64,000 nt of DNA from Paragordius varius (GCA_964247055.1 OZ176053.1:12834001-12898000), one strand, 5' to 3'; counted from the stretch's first letter, positions 1 through 13,391 are shown. A program made the numbers and translations. The notes: generated by a model not told the origin, from the letters alone.

Positions 1-329
1 GACATGTACAAAATTTGGTTTTTAATTAAGTGTACTATATATATTTTCCATTATGCTATCCTATTGCTTGAGTAAGCGTCAGATGAATAAAAGCTTTTTT
101 TATATATTCCTTTTGAGAATTATGTAAAAAGGGATGAAATAATTAATATACCTAATTGAAATGACAAAAATCCCAACCGTTCTTTTACTACTAAAAGCCC
201 TGTTGTAAACTAATAAAGTATATTAAGTGAAAAAATTAGTTTTTATAATTTATTTATTCTTATAGATAAAATAAAAAATAGTTATGTTAATAAAATTTGA
301 ATTTATAAGCGTGTATTCTTGGTTTTATA

Positions 330-1000
330 TTAGATGTTAATTTAATTTGAATTGTTTATATGTAATATTAAACCGTTGTACTTTTTATCCACAATTTAAA
401 TTTAATTAACTGATAAATAAATAATATCGTACATGATGTAATAGACATGTAAATTAAATAATTTTTTAGCCGTTTAACAACCAAAATGATATGAACTCTC
501 TTTATACTTTTAAAGCCGTATATTTTCTTAACATGCAAATTAGTTTGGTTTATAAATAACACGCTATTCTTTACGTGACTAAATTTTGAACATTTATTTT
601 TCTTCGCTTTATATTTTTTGCCTAATTTGAATAGTTGTTTTTTTATATTTTTACAGTTTTAATAATGATATCACTTATTAAATTTCTACACCTAACTTTT
701 TTTCAAATTCTTGGGCCTATTTGGTAATTTTTAAGCATACTATTTAAAATATAGTATTTTTATTACAAGCATATTTTTTTTAATATTAATTTAATATTGT
801 GAAATTTCCCAATTTAAATTAAACATTACCTTAAACAAAAATAATATTGTTTGTAATCTAAATGAATTTCGCTAAAACGTAAATTGGCTAAAATAATTTC
901 ATGATTTACTACTGACATTTTGTTTAAATATAATATGAATAAGGTGTTATGACTTTTCGGCCATTTTGCAAAACCTAAGAACCTGGTGGAAGATTTTGAA
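330..1000 (+). repeat. Dispersed repeat family D, partial copy
   Basis: Block aattagtttggtttataaataacacgc..ttctttacgtgactaa recurs at ~27700, ~28590 and ~59925 in the same orientation, with flanking similarity over hundreds of bp. Confidence 0.7.
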
Positions 1001-1360
1001 GGATGGATTTAATATTTTAAAATAATTTCGAATGTATGTTAGGACAACATACTTAGCTTTTAAAGGACAATAAAATTGCAATATTCATCAAGTTTCTAAG
1101 TATTGAATATATTTATGGTATTTTATTATTAAGGGATGTCTGATAGCTATTCTAAAAAAGGCGAATATTTTTTTACTGATCAAATCTTTTAAATTAAATA
1201 TATTATTTGATATAATATTTTAACAAAGTTTATATAATAAATTGATCTTTGAAATCAATTTCTATACATATAATTTACATATTTTCAAAATGTACAATTT
1301 ATCGAATTTTGATTCAAAAACCAAGCGCTAATCTATACACAAATATTAATTTTGCTGTAG

Positions 1361-4300
1361 ATTCGTAATATGACATTCGAAAGAGTAATAAAAAATCTAT
1401 AAAATGCATACTTTATATTCCATCGTTAGTTAATATTTGACATAGGAAGCGACAAACTCGCGATAGCAGAGCTTTTTTCTTAATATATTTTTAAAACTAA
1501 TGGATGAAATAGGTCAAACTTTGTATAGATGGCAATGAATGTCTTTAAAAGATAACACAAGCATGTCATTTTAAATACTCATTTTATGACACAGTTGAAC
1601 AAAAATATATTCAGTAAAAATGAGATTTATTCGAAATTGATTTTTAATTAATAACCAAAAAACTTATATTAAAGACTCAGGTCAATGAATGAACTATCTA
1701 AAAATATAATCAAAATTATTATTAAAATTTACATCGTGAGATTCACCTTTTAAATTAAAACTTTCCAAATATTTCTTATCTATTAAATTCTCAATACCGA
1801 ATTTATTATATACACTAAATAATTTTATGTAAAATTAAAAATTTTATGTTATTGAATAAAACTACAAATATTTAGCATCAAACAATTATTATTGCAAAAA
1901 AATTTTGTTGAATAAAATTTCTAGTTGCATATCCATTTAGTTATAAAATTTTTTTTAAAAAAAAATTATATACAAAAAATACCTGGAGTAAATTGAATAA
2001 GAGGTTGAGAATACTTTCTTTTGGGTTTTGAGTATTCTTGTTATTATAAAAACTTTATTAAAGAATGATAGTATATTGGAAAAAATAATTGGTCTTCATT
2101 TAAGTCAATAAATAGAACACTGTCGCAGTCTTGACATTTAATTTTATTACCCTAAACTTAAATCCGGATTAGATGGAGTTATAAAAATATTTTTATTAAA
2201 ATATATGTTGTCAGATTATCAACACCTTTCAAGTTAAAACTTTGCAATATATTTTTATATATTAAATTTTCGATACCGGATTTTTTATATAGTTACATCA
2301 ATTAAATTTATGTGAATTCAAAAATTTTAGGTGACTGGATTAAAATACAAATATTTAGCAGTAAACAATTATAATTGCAAAAAAAAATTTATTGAAAAAA
2401 ATTTCTAGTTGCATATCCATTTAGTTATTTTTTTTGAAAAAATTTATATACAAAAAATACCTGGAGTAAAGATTAATGGTTGGGAATATTTAGAACGTTT
2501 TGACTTTTTTGTGTGTTCATGTTGTTATAATTTTAATTAAAAAATGATAGTATATTTGAATTTAGTTTATGTGAATTTTTGTGAAAAATTTTATATACAA
2601 AAATACCTGGTGTAAATTGTATCAGGGGTTGAGAATATCTAGGTCTTGACTTTATTTGGCATTCTTGTTATAATAAAAATTTCATTAAAGAAAGTTACTA
2701 TATTTGAAAAAATAATTGGTCTTCACCTAAGAATTTTTGATATTTTTAGCGATTTAACATGACATTCGAAATTTTTAAAATTTTAAATATAGAGCCATGT
2801 GTTTCATATTATTCGAAAGAGCCGTGAAGGCTATGCTGTGAAGGGGAGAGTCTAATGCAGACTGATACTGTCAAGTAATTGATTTTGTTTCACCTCTGAT
2901 ACTGATACTGAAGAGCGCAAAAAACTGATTTTTTGAATGGTAGTTCATTTAAATCAATCTGATGTAAAAGTTATATGGCTTATTATAAAATTTAAAAATT
3001 TCGAATGTTTTGTTAAATCGCTAAAAATTTCAATAAACCTTATTAATAGAAAAATCTTAGGTGAAGCCAATTATTTTTTCAAATATACTATAATTCTTTA
3101 ATGAAATTTTTATAATAACAAGAATGCCAAAAGTCAAAACACAGATATTCGCAACCGTTAATACAATTTACCCCAGGTATTTTTTTTATATAAATTTTTT
3201 CAAAACAAATCACATAACTAAATGGATATGCAACTATAAAATATATTCAATAAATTTTTTTTGCAATAATAATTGTTTATTGCTAAATATTTGTATTTTA
3301 ATCCAGTCACCTAAAATTTTTGAACCCACGTAAATTTAGTTGGTGTAACTATACAATCAACCCGGTAGGAAGAAAATGAATAAAAATATATTGCAATTTC
3401 TAACTTGAAAGGTGTTAATAATCTGACAACATATATTTTAATATTAATTTTGATATTTTTAGAAACTCCGTCTATTCTGGAGTTGAGTTCAGATAATATA
3501 TTTTTGTTTAATGTTTTTTAGTTAATTATTAAGTATCAATTTTAAGAAAGAATTTTAGTTAATTTTAATTTTATAAGAAACATAGAAAATATAATTGGGT
3601 TATTCATTGCATCATTTAAATACATTAGGAGCGCTGTGGAATACGGGCGCACCAAAAAATATATTTTATGGATCATATATTCGATAAATAAATGCGATTA
3701 ACAGACAAGAAAATTTTTTTTATTTTTTTTTACATTATTTGTTATAATCGAAAATCGCATTTATGTTGGCAATTAAACACAATAGAAAAAACGCGCAAAC
3801 TTATTTGCTAAATATTCCGTATGGATAATCTTACATGTATGATTATAGCGTACAATTTTTTAGAGTGTAAACAAATAAAAGCTTATAATTTTTATAAATA
3901 TTTAACATATTTATAATATGGAAAGAAAAAAATCTACGGACTCAGTTTTTTAAGGGAAGTTTTTAAAAGCGATTCACCCACGAACAATTCAAATTTTCAC
4001 CGCATCAGGTTTTTGACCCCAAAGAACTGAAAGTACTTAGAGACCCTCTGGAATTTTCTCTAACATTTTGTGTTTAGGATATCCTTATGCTATATATTAT
4101 AGAAATCGACGCATTTTTATCCGTTACATTAAATTTTATTTGACTTAAGATAAGACAAGAATGCGATTTTTGATTATAGCATATTAACTTTCTTTTGTTT
4201 GCCTATTAACCCCATTAGTTTTTTATAATCCTTACCCCGAATTTTTAGGATTCGAATGATATATAATTGATAAATGTAACATTTTTGCTGCGTCACGTTT

Positions 4301-5070
4301 CTAATAACACTCCATGACATTTTCTGTTATTCACTATCATTTTAACAGTTAATAATTATTCCATTAAAGAATTTTTTATAATTATTCGCCCTCTATATCA
4401 AAATTTTAATTAAAAAATGTTTTTTGAAAATATACAACAAGTTTCATTTGTACTATATTCGAATGAGTAAAAATCTATATACTGTTTTACATCGGTTAAT
4501 ATTGGACATAGGGAGAAAGCGATAAACGCCCGAAGTGAGAGCGTTTTTTTAAATTAATATAATTTTAAAACTAATGGATAAAAATAGCTCAAACTTTTTG
4601 TAGATGTCACAATAATTGACAAAAAGATAACCTTTTCTGGCTTTGCATTTGTATGTTGCGTGTAACTCCAACTTGATAGAAAATGATATCATAAATATTC
4701 TGTGTTTATACTTGCATTTATAATTATATAGTTATAGAGCGTGTAGCTCAAGAAAACGTGGTAGATGTAAAATGAATTGGTTCGATTCTTAGTGACTAAC
4801 ATTGCAACAGTTGATATCCAACACACCAAACGATACAAGCTGGCTTAACTACGAAATAGCGAGGAATCGATCCCGATTAGCTGTGAAAACAACACAACAC
4901 CATCGCCAAAGTCACTAGGTATTTTTTATTACAGACATTAATAAAAGTCCGTAAAGTAGGAGTAAGGCAACTATTTTTTTTAGTTAAATTAAAATACTAA
5001 ATCTCAAAAATAATAACACCCATATCTATTAATTGAACCAAGGATATTTATTGGTAAGTACTTTTTAAAA
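1361..5070 (+). repeat. Composite repeat family A, copy 1 (5'-truncated; contains an internal foldback)
   Basis: Colinear with 5203-11190 once the Gypsy insert is removed (e.g. 2780-2990 vs 8520-8760; 4700-4990 vs 10850-11170). Confidence 0.85.
2140..3500. repeat. Foldback inverted repeat inside family A copy 1 (arms ~2140-2760 and ~2990-3500, ~230-bp spacer)
   Basis: gttgtcagattatcaacacctttcaagtt (2207) is the reverse complement of aacttgaaaggtgttaataatctgacaac (3402); ttttaggtgactggattaaaatac vs gtattttaatccagtcacctaaaa. Confidence 0.9.
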
Positions 5071-5394
5071 AAATTTTTGATTAATTTCTGGCATATATAA
5101 CAGAGTCTATTTAACATTACTGGTATAAAATGTGTTGACCCTTCACAACTTTGTGTAGAGACTTAAATTTCGTATTTAAAGAAATAAAACATTTATGTAT
5201 AATTACGATTTACACTAGACAAGTAATTTTTTTGCCACTCGAGTTTTTTGCATTTTCTGATATTTTATCAAAATTTTATTTATAAATGTGTTGCCTTGAA
5301 TATGCAACAGATGCCCATTCGTAATATATCGAAATAGTATTAAAAACTCAAAAAATGCATACTTTATATTCCATCGTTAGTTAATGTTTGATAT

Positions 5395-6531
5395 GGGCGA
5401 TTACCCGCTGTTGTTCTATGTGATAAAATAGCACCGTATCCTGACATTGACGCGTCGGTTTCCAAGACTATAGGTAGTTTGGGATTATACGGATGCAGGG
5501 AACTACTCTGGCAGATCAAGTCTTTAGCTTTTTTGAATATCAAATCATACGTTAGCGTCCAACACCATTTTTGTTTGTTACCTGCTAATTTATGTAGTTT
5601 TCCAATTAAAATGCTTAGGGAAGGGATGAATTTTGCATGAAAATTAAGTAAACCCAAAAATGATCTAAGGGTGGTTTTGTTGGTCGGGGTCGGTCACTCT
5701 TGGATGGCTTTAATTTTATTTGGGGAGGGTCATGCAATTTTCAGAAATAATGTGACCAAGATATTCCACAGATGGTTGAAAAAGTTTTATTTTATCTTTG
5801 CGCAATTTTAATCCCATTGTCTCCAATTTGGTAAATACCTTTATTAGGTTGTTCTTGTGCTTTGTCTCGGTTTCGCCTGTCAGTATAACGTCATCTAAAT
5901 AAACGGCTGTACCTGCGCAATCTTTTAATAACTCGTCCATTATTTGTTGAAAGAAACTTGGAACCCAATTCAACCCAAAAGGCAATCGTTTATACTTATA
6001 AAACCCCTTATGTGTAGAAATTGTTAGTAAGTGCCGACTATCTGGGTCTACTGGAATTTAAAAATAGGCGTCTTTCAAATCTAGTGTCGAGAAAGATTTG
6101 TCGAAGGAAATTTTTGAGATGAGGTCATCAAAGGTTGGGATTATGTATTGCGGCGGTTTTATGTGTGGATTTATACTTATTTTAAAATCCGCGCATATTC
6201 TAAGCTCTTTATTCGGTTTGAAAATATTTACAGTATGGCTGGACCAAACGATTCTAGTCTTTTTTGGATCTACAGGCTCAATTATATCCAGTTTTACCAA
6301 TCTATTTATCTCATCCTCCAATTTGCTTTGTAACGATAGTGGCACCCTTCTACTTGGAAAAATTCTACCACAATTATTATTATTTAAAAACACTTTAATC
6401 GGTTCGCCTTTCCAGCAACCAAGGCCCTCAGAAAATAACTTGCTAAATTTGTTATATATATTATATGAAGATACGTTATTTATTATTACATGATTGAGTA
6501 ATTTTAAATTAAATTGTTTTATCCAGTCCAT
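5395..6531 (-). pseudogene. pol: Gypsy reverse transcriptase and RNase H, disrupted
   Basis: LRICADFK, FSTLDLKDAYF*IP, LPFG, VYLDDVIL, YLGHII, SFLGLLNF and LETDAS motifs, with an in-frame TAA, a TGA and a frameshift. Confidence 0.93.
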
Positions 6532-7578
6532 TCCAAATATTGATGGTAAGTTGTTGTTTATAATAAAGCACTCTAGAATGTGCGTTCTTTTATCTAATTC
6601 AACCTGTAATTTGCATTTAATGTTTTATACGATTATTATTGTATGCATGTATGAAAATATAATTGTTATGAAAATCTAGTGCTGGTTTGCCTAGACGGCA
6701 CCAGTTTTTATAATTTATGATTGAAATATCGGCACCTGTATCAAAAATCATTTCAATAGGAAAATTATTTATTTTAGGAACGATTTGGGGTTTTTTGGCC
6801 TTATTAAAAAGGGAATATGCTTTAAACGTTACCTTACAACATCGAGCAAAGTGGTTTGAACGATGGCATCTATAACATTCTTTCCCATTATCAGGGCAAT
6901 GTCCCAACGTATGAGTCGTCCCACATTTTGTGCAGGTTCGTCGGTTATTATTACTCTTGTTGCTTTTTGATTGGCGAAGTGTGGCTATTTCATTTATTTC
7001 ACCATTACTACTGTGGTTCTTATTATTGTTACTTTTATAATCATTATCAATATTGATGGACAGCACTTCTGTATTTGTTAGTTCATTTCGTGCCTTCTCA
7101 TGTGATAAGGCAATATTTACCACCGTATTTAGAGAAACGGGAGCAAATAGCTCCATCTCCACTGCTTGCTCATCTAACCCCGCGATGAATACATCTCTGA
7201 TGTGCTCGTTAATGTTTGACGAGAACCGGCAGTGGATGGCCATTTGTTTAACTCTTAACAGGAATTCTGTGAACGTTTCCATTCTCCCCCTCTTCATTTT
7301 AATTAAATCAAAACGCGACGAAAAAATATTCCTTGAGGGGGACAAGATTTTTATACCGGCGTTTAATAGATCTGGGAATGGTATGTCGTCTATTGCTTGT
7401 GGATAGAAATAATTTTCAATTTTATTAATATTTTCCATTCCTCCGAAAGCCAACAAACATGCCTTCATATTTTCATCGGTGGCTGCGACATTCTTGACCT
7501 CCAAATTGCGTTTAATATATGTAATATAATTTGTAACTCAACATTTGGATTAAAACACGATAAATTAATTTTTTCCAT
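6532..7578 (-). pseudogene. gag: Gypsy gag-protease, frameshifted
   Basis: ORF 6617-7504 has CTKCGTTH..CP..GKECYRCHRSNHFARCC zinc knuckle and MIFDTGADISII aspartic protease motif. The ATG at 7578 is in another frame, and the protease C-terminus (IFGMDWI) follows a frameshift. Confidence 0.9.
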
Positions 7579-7586
7579 AGCCTCGA

Positions 7587-7598
7587 ACTGCCGCGCCA
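7587..7598 (-). promoter_or_regulatory. Primer binding site TGGCGCGGCAGT (tRNA 3' end with G discriminator, probably tRNA-Ser)
   Basis: TGG start 2 nt after the LTR CA end. tRNA identity is inferred from TGGCG only. Confidence 0.75.
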
Positions 7599-7600
7599 GT

Positions 7601-7880
7601 TGATAAAAAGGATATATATATTTATTTAGTATAACAACGAAACTGAATAATATATTATGATTAACGTGTCACAATGATTCCTTATATATATACATTAGGA
7701 AATTTGGTTATTGCATTCACAAGGATAAAGTTGTCTGATTTAAACGTTGTTAAAGATAATAAGTATAATAAAATAATTTGCATTCACAACCAAGGTAATA
7801 TATAGTTTTAACGTAAAGGACAAACTGTATTGTGCACTAAAAAAAAGGATAATTTGGTATGAATATTAACCCTTTTAACA
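7601..7880 (-). repeat. 5' LTR of the Gypsy element (280 bp)
   Basis: On the minus strand it begins TGTTAAAAGG and ends CCTTTTTATCA (TG..CA with short terminal inverted repeat), followed after 2 nt by the PBS. Confidence 0.85.
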
Positions 7881-10800
7881 ATGTCTTAAAAAGATATAAC
7901 ACAAGCATGTCATTTTAAATAAACTTATTTTATCACATAAGTGAACAAAGATATCCAGTGAAAATGAGATATTTATTCGAAATTGATTTTTTATTAATTA
8001 ACTAAATTTATATTAAAATATATTACATGGACCCAATTCAATGAATGAACTATCTAAAAATATAATCAAAATTATTATTATCATTTACATCGTCAGATTA
8101 TTAACACTTTTAAATTAAAGCTTTCCAAATCTATCTTTCTTATTTCTCAATACCGGATTTATTATATAGTTAAACTAACTAAATCTATGTGAAACTAAAA
8201 CTTTTAGATTACTGGATTAAAATACAAATATTTAACAGTATAAACCAATTATTATTGGAAAAAAATATTATTGAATAATTTTCTAGTGTGCATATCTATT
8301 TGGTTAATAATATAATTTTTTTGAAAAATTTTATATACAAAAAATACCTGGTGTAAATTGGATTAGTGGCTGAGAGTATCTTTTTTTTGTGTGACATTCT
8401 TGTTATAATAAAAATTTATTAAAGAGAGTTTTGAAAAAATAATTGGTCTTCACCTAAGAATTTTTTATTAATAGGGTTTACTTAACATGACATTGGAAAT
8501 TTTTAAAATTTTAAATATAGAGCCATGTGTTTCATATCATTCGAAATAGCCGTGAAGGCTATGCTGTGAAGGGGATTATGGAGTCTAATGCAGACTGATA
8601 CTGTCAAGTAATTGATTTTGTTTCACCTCTGATACTGAAGAGCGCAAAAAACTGAATTTTATGAATGGTAGTTCATTTCAATCAATCTGATGTTAAAGTT
8701 ATTTGGCTTATTTTAAAATTTTAAAAAATTGAGAATGTTATGTTAAATCGCTAAAAATTTCAGTAAACCCTATTAATAAAAAATTCTTAGGTGAAGACCA
8801 ATTATTTTTTCAAAACTCTCTTTAATAAATTTTTATTATAACAAGAATGTCACAAATCAAAGAAAAGATATTCTCAACCACTTATTCAATTCACACCAGG
8901 TATTTTTTGTATATAAATTTTTTCAAAAAAAATAACTAAATGGATATGCAACTAGAAATTTTATTCAATAAATTTTTTATTGCAATTATAATTGTTTATT
9001 GCTAAATATTTGTCTTTTAATCCAGTCACCTAAAATTTTTGAATTCACATAAATTTAGTTGGTGTAACTATATAAAAAATCCGGTATTGAAAATTTAATA
9101 GATAAAAATATATTGCAAAGTTTTAACTTGAAAGGTGTTGATAATCTGACAACATATATTTTAATAAAAATATTTTTATAACTCCATCTAATCCGGATTT
9201 GAGATTAGGGTAATATATTTTTGTTTAATGTTTTTTAGTTAATTATTAAGTATCAATTTTAAGTAAGATTTTTAGTCAATAATTTTATAAGAAATATAGA
9301 AATATAATTGGGTTATTCATTGCATCATTTAAATACATTAGTAGCGCTGTGGAATACGAGTGCAGCAAAAATATATATTTTATGGATCATATATTCCATA
9401 TTCGAAGGTAGGATTAAAATCAAAAATAAATGCGATCAACAGACAAGAAACATTTTTTTATATTTTTCCATTATTTGTTATAATCGAAAATCGCATTTAT
9501 GGTGGCAATTGGGTGGAAAATTTAAAATAGAAAAAACGCGCAAAATTTATTTGCTAATATATTCCGTAAGGATAATCTTAAACGCATAATTATAGCGTAC
9601 AATTTCTTAGAGCCTTTAAACAAATTAAAGCTGGAAAATTACACTTTGTTTTGAAATTGAATCAAATAAGCATGTTATTATACGATCAAAGATTTTAATT
9701 TTATTTTAAATACCCTATATTTTTATATTTATAGTTTTACCTAAATTTTGTGTAAAAATGAATTAAGGCTTATATAAAAAGATTTTAGCGTATAACTTTT
9801 ATAAATATTCAAAATATTTGTATTATGGAAAGAAAAAAATCTACCGATTTAGCTTTTTAGATTTAGGAAGGTTTGAAAAAGCGGGATAAATAGCCAAAAT
9901 TACAACAAAACATAATTTTTGGGCACGATATGTCCCTAAATCAAAAACGAAATGGATAATCTTTCCCGAACATATATACGATTATAAAAATATACTTTGG
10001 ATGTTTTTTAAAGTTTTAACCTACTTTTGGTTTGGTGCAAAATAAAAAAATTATGTAAGCCTTGAATCATTTTGTAAACACGATATATTGGGTAACTAAA
10101 TATTATAATAGTTAAAACAAAAATTATTTTCACCGCAGCAAGTTTTTACAATTTAAATTTGACCCCAAAGAACAATTATTTAGCATTAACACTTGAAAAT
10201 GCTTAAGAGACCTTTGTGATTTTCGCTATTTTGTGTTTAGGTACTTATGCTATATGTTATCGAAATCGACGTATTTTTATCCGTTACATTTAATTTTATT
10301 CGACTTAATATAAGACAAGAATGCTATTTTTGATTATAGCATATTAACTTTCTATTGTTCTAGCCTATTAACCGCATTAATTTTTTATAATCCTTACCCC
10401 AAATTTTTAGCAATCGAATGATATATAATTGATAAATGTAACATTTTTGCTGCGTCACGTGTTCTACTAGCACTCCATGACATTTTCTGTTATTTACTAT
10501 CATTTTAACAGTTAATTATTATTCCATTTAAGATTTTTGATTATGCGCCCTCTTTATCAAAATTATTTAAAAATGTTTTTTCAAATATACAACAAGTTTC
10601 CTTTGTACTATATTCGAAAGAATAAAAATTTATATACTGTTTTACATCGGTTAATATTGGAAATAGGAAGAAAGCGATAAACGCTCGAAGTGAGAGCGTT
10701 TTTTTAAATTAATATAATTTTAAAACTAATGGTTGAAAATAGCTCAAACTTTGTGTAGAAGGCAATGAATGACCAAAAAAGAAAACCTTTTCTGTCTTTG

Positions 10801-11200
10801 TATTTGTATGTTGCGTCTAATTCCAATTTGATAGAAAATGGTATCATAAATATTCTGTGTTTATACTTGCATTTACAATTATATAGTTATAGAGCGTATT
10901 CATCTTTCTACGCACAAGAAAACGTGGTAGATGTAAAATGAATTGGTTCGATTCTTAGTGACTAACATTGCAGCAGTCGATATCCAACACACCAAACGAT
11001 ACAAGCTGGCTTACTACACTACGAAATAGCAACGAATCGATCCCGATTAGCTATGAAAACAACACAACACCATCGTCAAACTCACCAGGTATTTTTTATT
11101 ATAGGCATTAATAAAAGTGATAAAGTAGGAGTATGGCAACTATTTTTTATTTGGTTAAATTAAAATACTAAGACCCATGGTCGGGTAAGTATTACTTACG

Positions 11201-11240
11201 TCCTTATGCTTAAATCCTTATGCTTCCATCCTTATGCTTA
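11201..11240 (+). repeat. Short tandem repeat (TCCTTATGCTT-nnn) x3
   Basis: Three copies at 11201, 11215 and 11229. Confidence 0.85.
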
Positions 11241-11256
11241 CATTTTTGAATAAAAA

Positions 11257-13336
11257 TCATAAGTCTGCTTCTAATAGACTTATTTTCAAAGTGGCACAAC
11301 CTTAAAAATATGCGAATTTTCGAATTCTGTATTGGAGGATAGAAAGTAAAATATATTTGATAAATAATATATAGGTTATCTTTTGGCATTAAAAGGGGTT
11401 TACACAACCCCTGTAAAACTAAAACATGCATGCAAAATCAAAAGTTTTTTAGAAGTAATAGGTACGCATTTTAAAAAAATCTACCTAGTTAAGGAAATTT
11501 TATATTGGAGGAGAGAAAATCTGTATAAAAACAAATAATTTATGATTAGAAATTGCATCAATCTCTTACACATCCTAGTTAACTAAACCGCTTCAAAAAA
11601 TACTCTGGATTCACCCATGTAAAATTCAAAGTTTTTTAGAAAATGTGCAAATGATTTAACTACATTTTTTAGATTTTGATCTCATAGCGATTGAAATATC
11701 TGCGTACTTTTTCCATTTTGAGGATGAAGCATTAAAGAATCTACGCATTTTATTGGATATTATCAAATATTTACTCCTAGATGTATAAAAATAATATTTA
11801 TTGAAAATAATTATCCGATATTTGGAATATAATATATCGTTTTTTCGATCTTGCAAGCGTCTAAAAATCATTCATATCCACAGTGCACAAAATCGGACTC
11901 TATAAAATATATCCTAATATATCAAATATATTCTGAGAGAATAGCATATTATGAATGTCATGGTGCTTTTGGTTTTAGGTCTAACGAATAATTTAGGTTA
12001 TATTCACTTTTTTGGTAATTGTTCCTTATCCAAAAGTTGCAAATTCTGGCAAATTTATAAATTTTTTTGGTGGATGCTAAATGCCTCCCTTTAAAAATAT
12101 CATTATATTATCGAAAATTAATATAAAATTTATAATTTAAAGCGTAGGCTTCAAAAGTTGCATTTGGACTTCTCCAAAATGGACCAGTTTTTTTTAAAAA
12201 AGCGATGCGTGATAACATTTTTCATATAAACTAGAACTTGACAATTTAATAGATTTTTTTCTTAATTTTGGCAATTTTTATCGTATTATGGTTTAATATA
12301 TACAAAAACACCTTTATATATAATTTATGCTTAACATTTCTATCACCTCAAAATTTCAAATAGCTTTTGCTTTAAATTCGGGGAAATTTAGGGGTCTACA
12401 AATTTGTGACTTTTGGAGCCTACGCTTAAAATTGTAAACTTCATTTTGGTTTTTAGATATAGTTCATAATTTAATGATATTTTTAAAGGGAAGCATTTAA
12501 CTTTCACCAAAAAAATTCATAATTTGCCTAATTGGCAACTTTTCGATAAGGAACAATTACCACGAAATTGGATATACCTAAATTTAGACCTAAAACCAAA
12601 ATCACCATGATATTCCTAATATGCAATATATTTGATATATTATGATATTTTTTATAGCATCCAATTTTGTGCACTGTGGATTGAAACTATTTTTTGACGC
12701 CTGCAAGATCGAAAAAACGATATATTAAATTCCAAATATCATATATTTAATGTCAATAAATATTATTTTTATACATCTAGGAGTAAATATTTAATACAAA
12801 ATGTAAAAAGTGCGCAGATATTTCAATCGATATGTGATCAAAATCTTAAAAATATAGTTAAATCAATCGCACACCTTCTAAAAACTTTGAATTTTACATG
12901 TGTGTTCCAGGTATATTTTTTAAAGCGGTTCAGTTAACTGAGATGTGCAAGAGATTAATGCAAAAATTATTTGTTTATATACAGATTTTCTGTCCTCCAA
13001 TTTAAAAAATTCAAAAACTAGGTAGATTTTTTTATTTCACGAAATATGCAAATATTTCAATTTTGATAATTTAAAAAAATTTAAAAAATATAGTTGGATA
13101 AAATGCGTACCTATTTCTTATAAAAAACTTTTCATTTGCATGCATGTTTTAGTAATTATCTATCATTTAATAGGGGTTGTGTAAACCCCTTTCAATGCCT
13201 AAAGATTGTAGCAACATTACTCAAACTTCTATTGTTAAATATACTTTATATCCTCCACTTTAGAGAATTCGATTCGCAATTTTTTAAGTTATAACACTTT
13301 GAAATATTTATAAGTCTACTAGGAGCAGAGTTATGA
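11257..13336. mobile_element. ~2.1 kb foldback element (arms ~11257-12160 and ~12405-13336)
   Basis: aggggtttacacaacccct (11394) vs aggggttgtgtaaacccct (13172); cgttttttcgatcttgcaagcgtc vs gacgcctgcaagatcgaaaaaacg. Colinear inversion over ~900 bp. Confidence 0.85.
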
Positions 13337-13391
13337 TGAATGTATAATTTTGAAAACGTTCGTTTTTTAAATATCTTGGCCCGTTGGAAGT

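Larger units (their letters stand above)
5395..7880 (-). mobile_element. Ty3/Gypsy LTR retrotransposon, 3'-deleted (5' LTR, PBS, gag, protease, RT, part of RNase H; no integrase or 3' LTR)
   Basis: Domain order gag(CCHC)-PR(DTGAD)-RT(LPFG, YLDD)-RH(ETDAS), with a TG..CA LTR and a PBS upstream. Confidence 0.95.
5203..11190 (+). repeat. Composite repeat family A, copy 2, interrupted by the Gypsy element
   Basis: Starts acgatttacactagac (also at 14321 and reverse-complemented at ~51625-51640). Host sequence breaks at ~5395 and resumes at 7881 (atgtcttaaaaagat). Contains the same foldback (arms ~8040-8500 / 8760-9230). Confidence 0.85.

Noticed and set aside
4740-4796. tRNA/SINE-like A-box (TAGCTCAAG..GG) and B-box (GGTTCGATTC)
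   Set aside because: No acceptor stem or cloverleaf, and the second copy (~10890-10960) lacks the A-box.
5670-6060. Alternative genetic code (TAA at an expected Gln and TGA at an expected Trp in Gypsy pol)
   Set aside because: These are single-nucleotide C>T and G>A lesions. The 536-codon RTE ORF in this AT-rich DNA has no internal TAA, TAG or TGA, consistent with the standard code.
6098-7603. + strand ORFs overlapping the Gypsy element (6098-6493, 7053-7406, etc.)
   Set aside because: Antisense shadows of gag/pol with no independent motifs.
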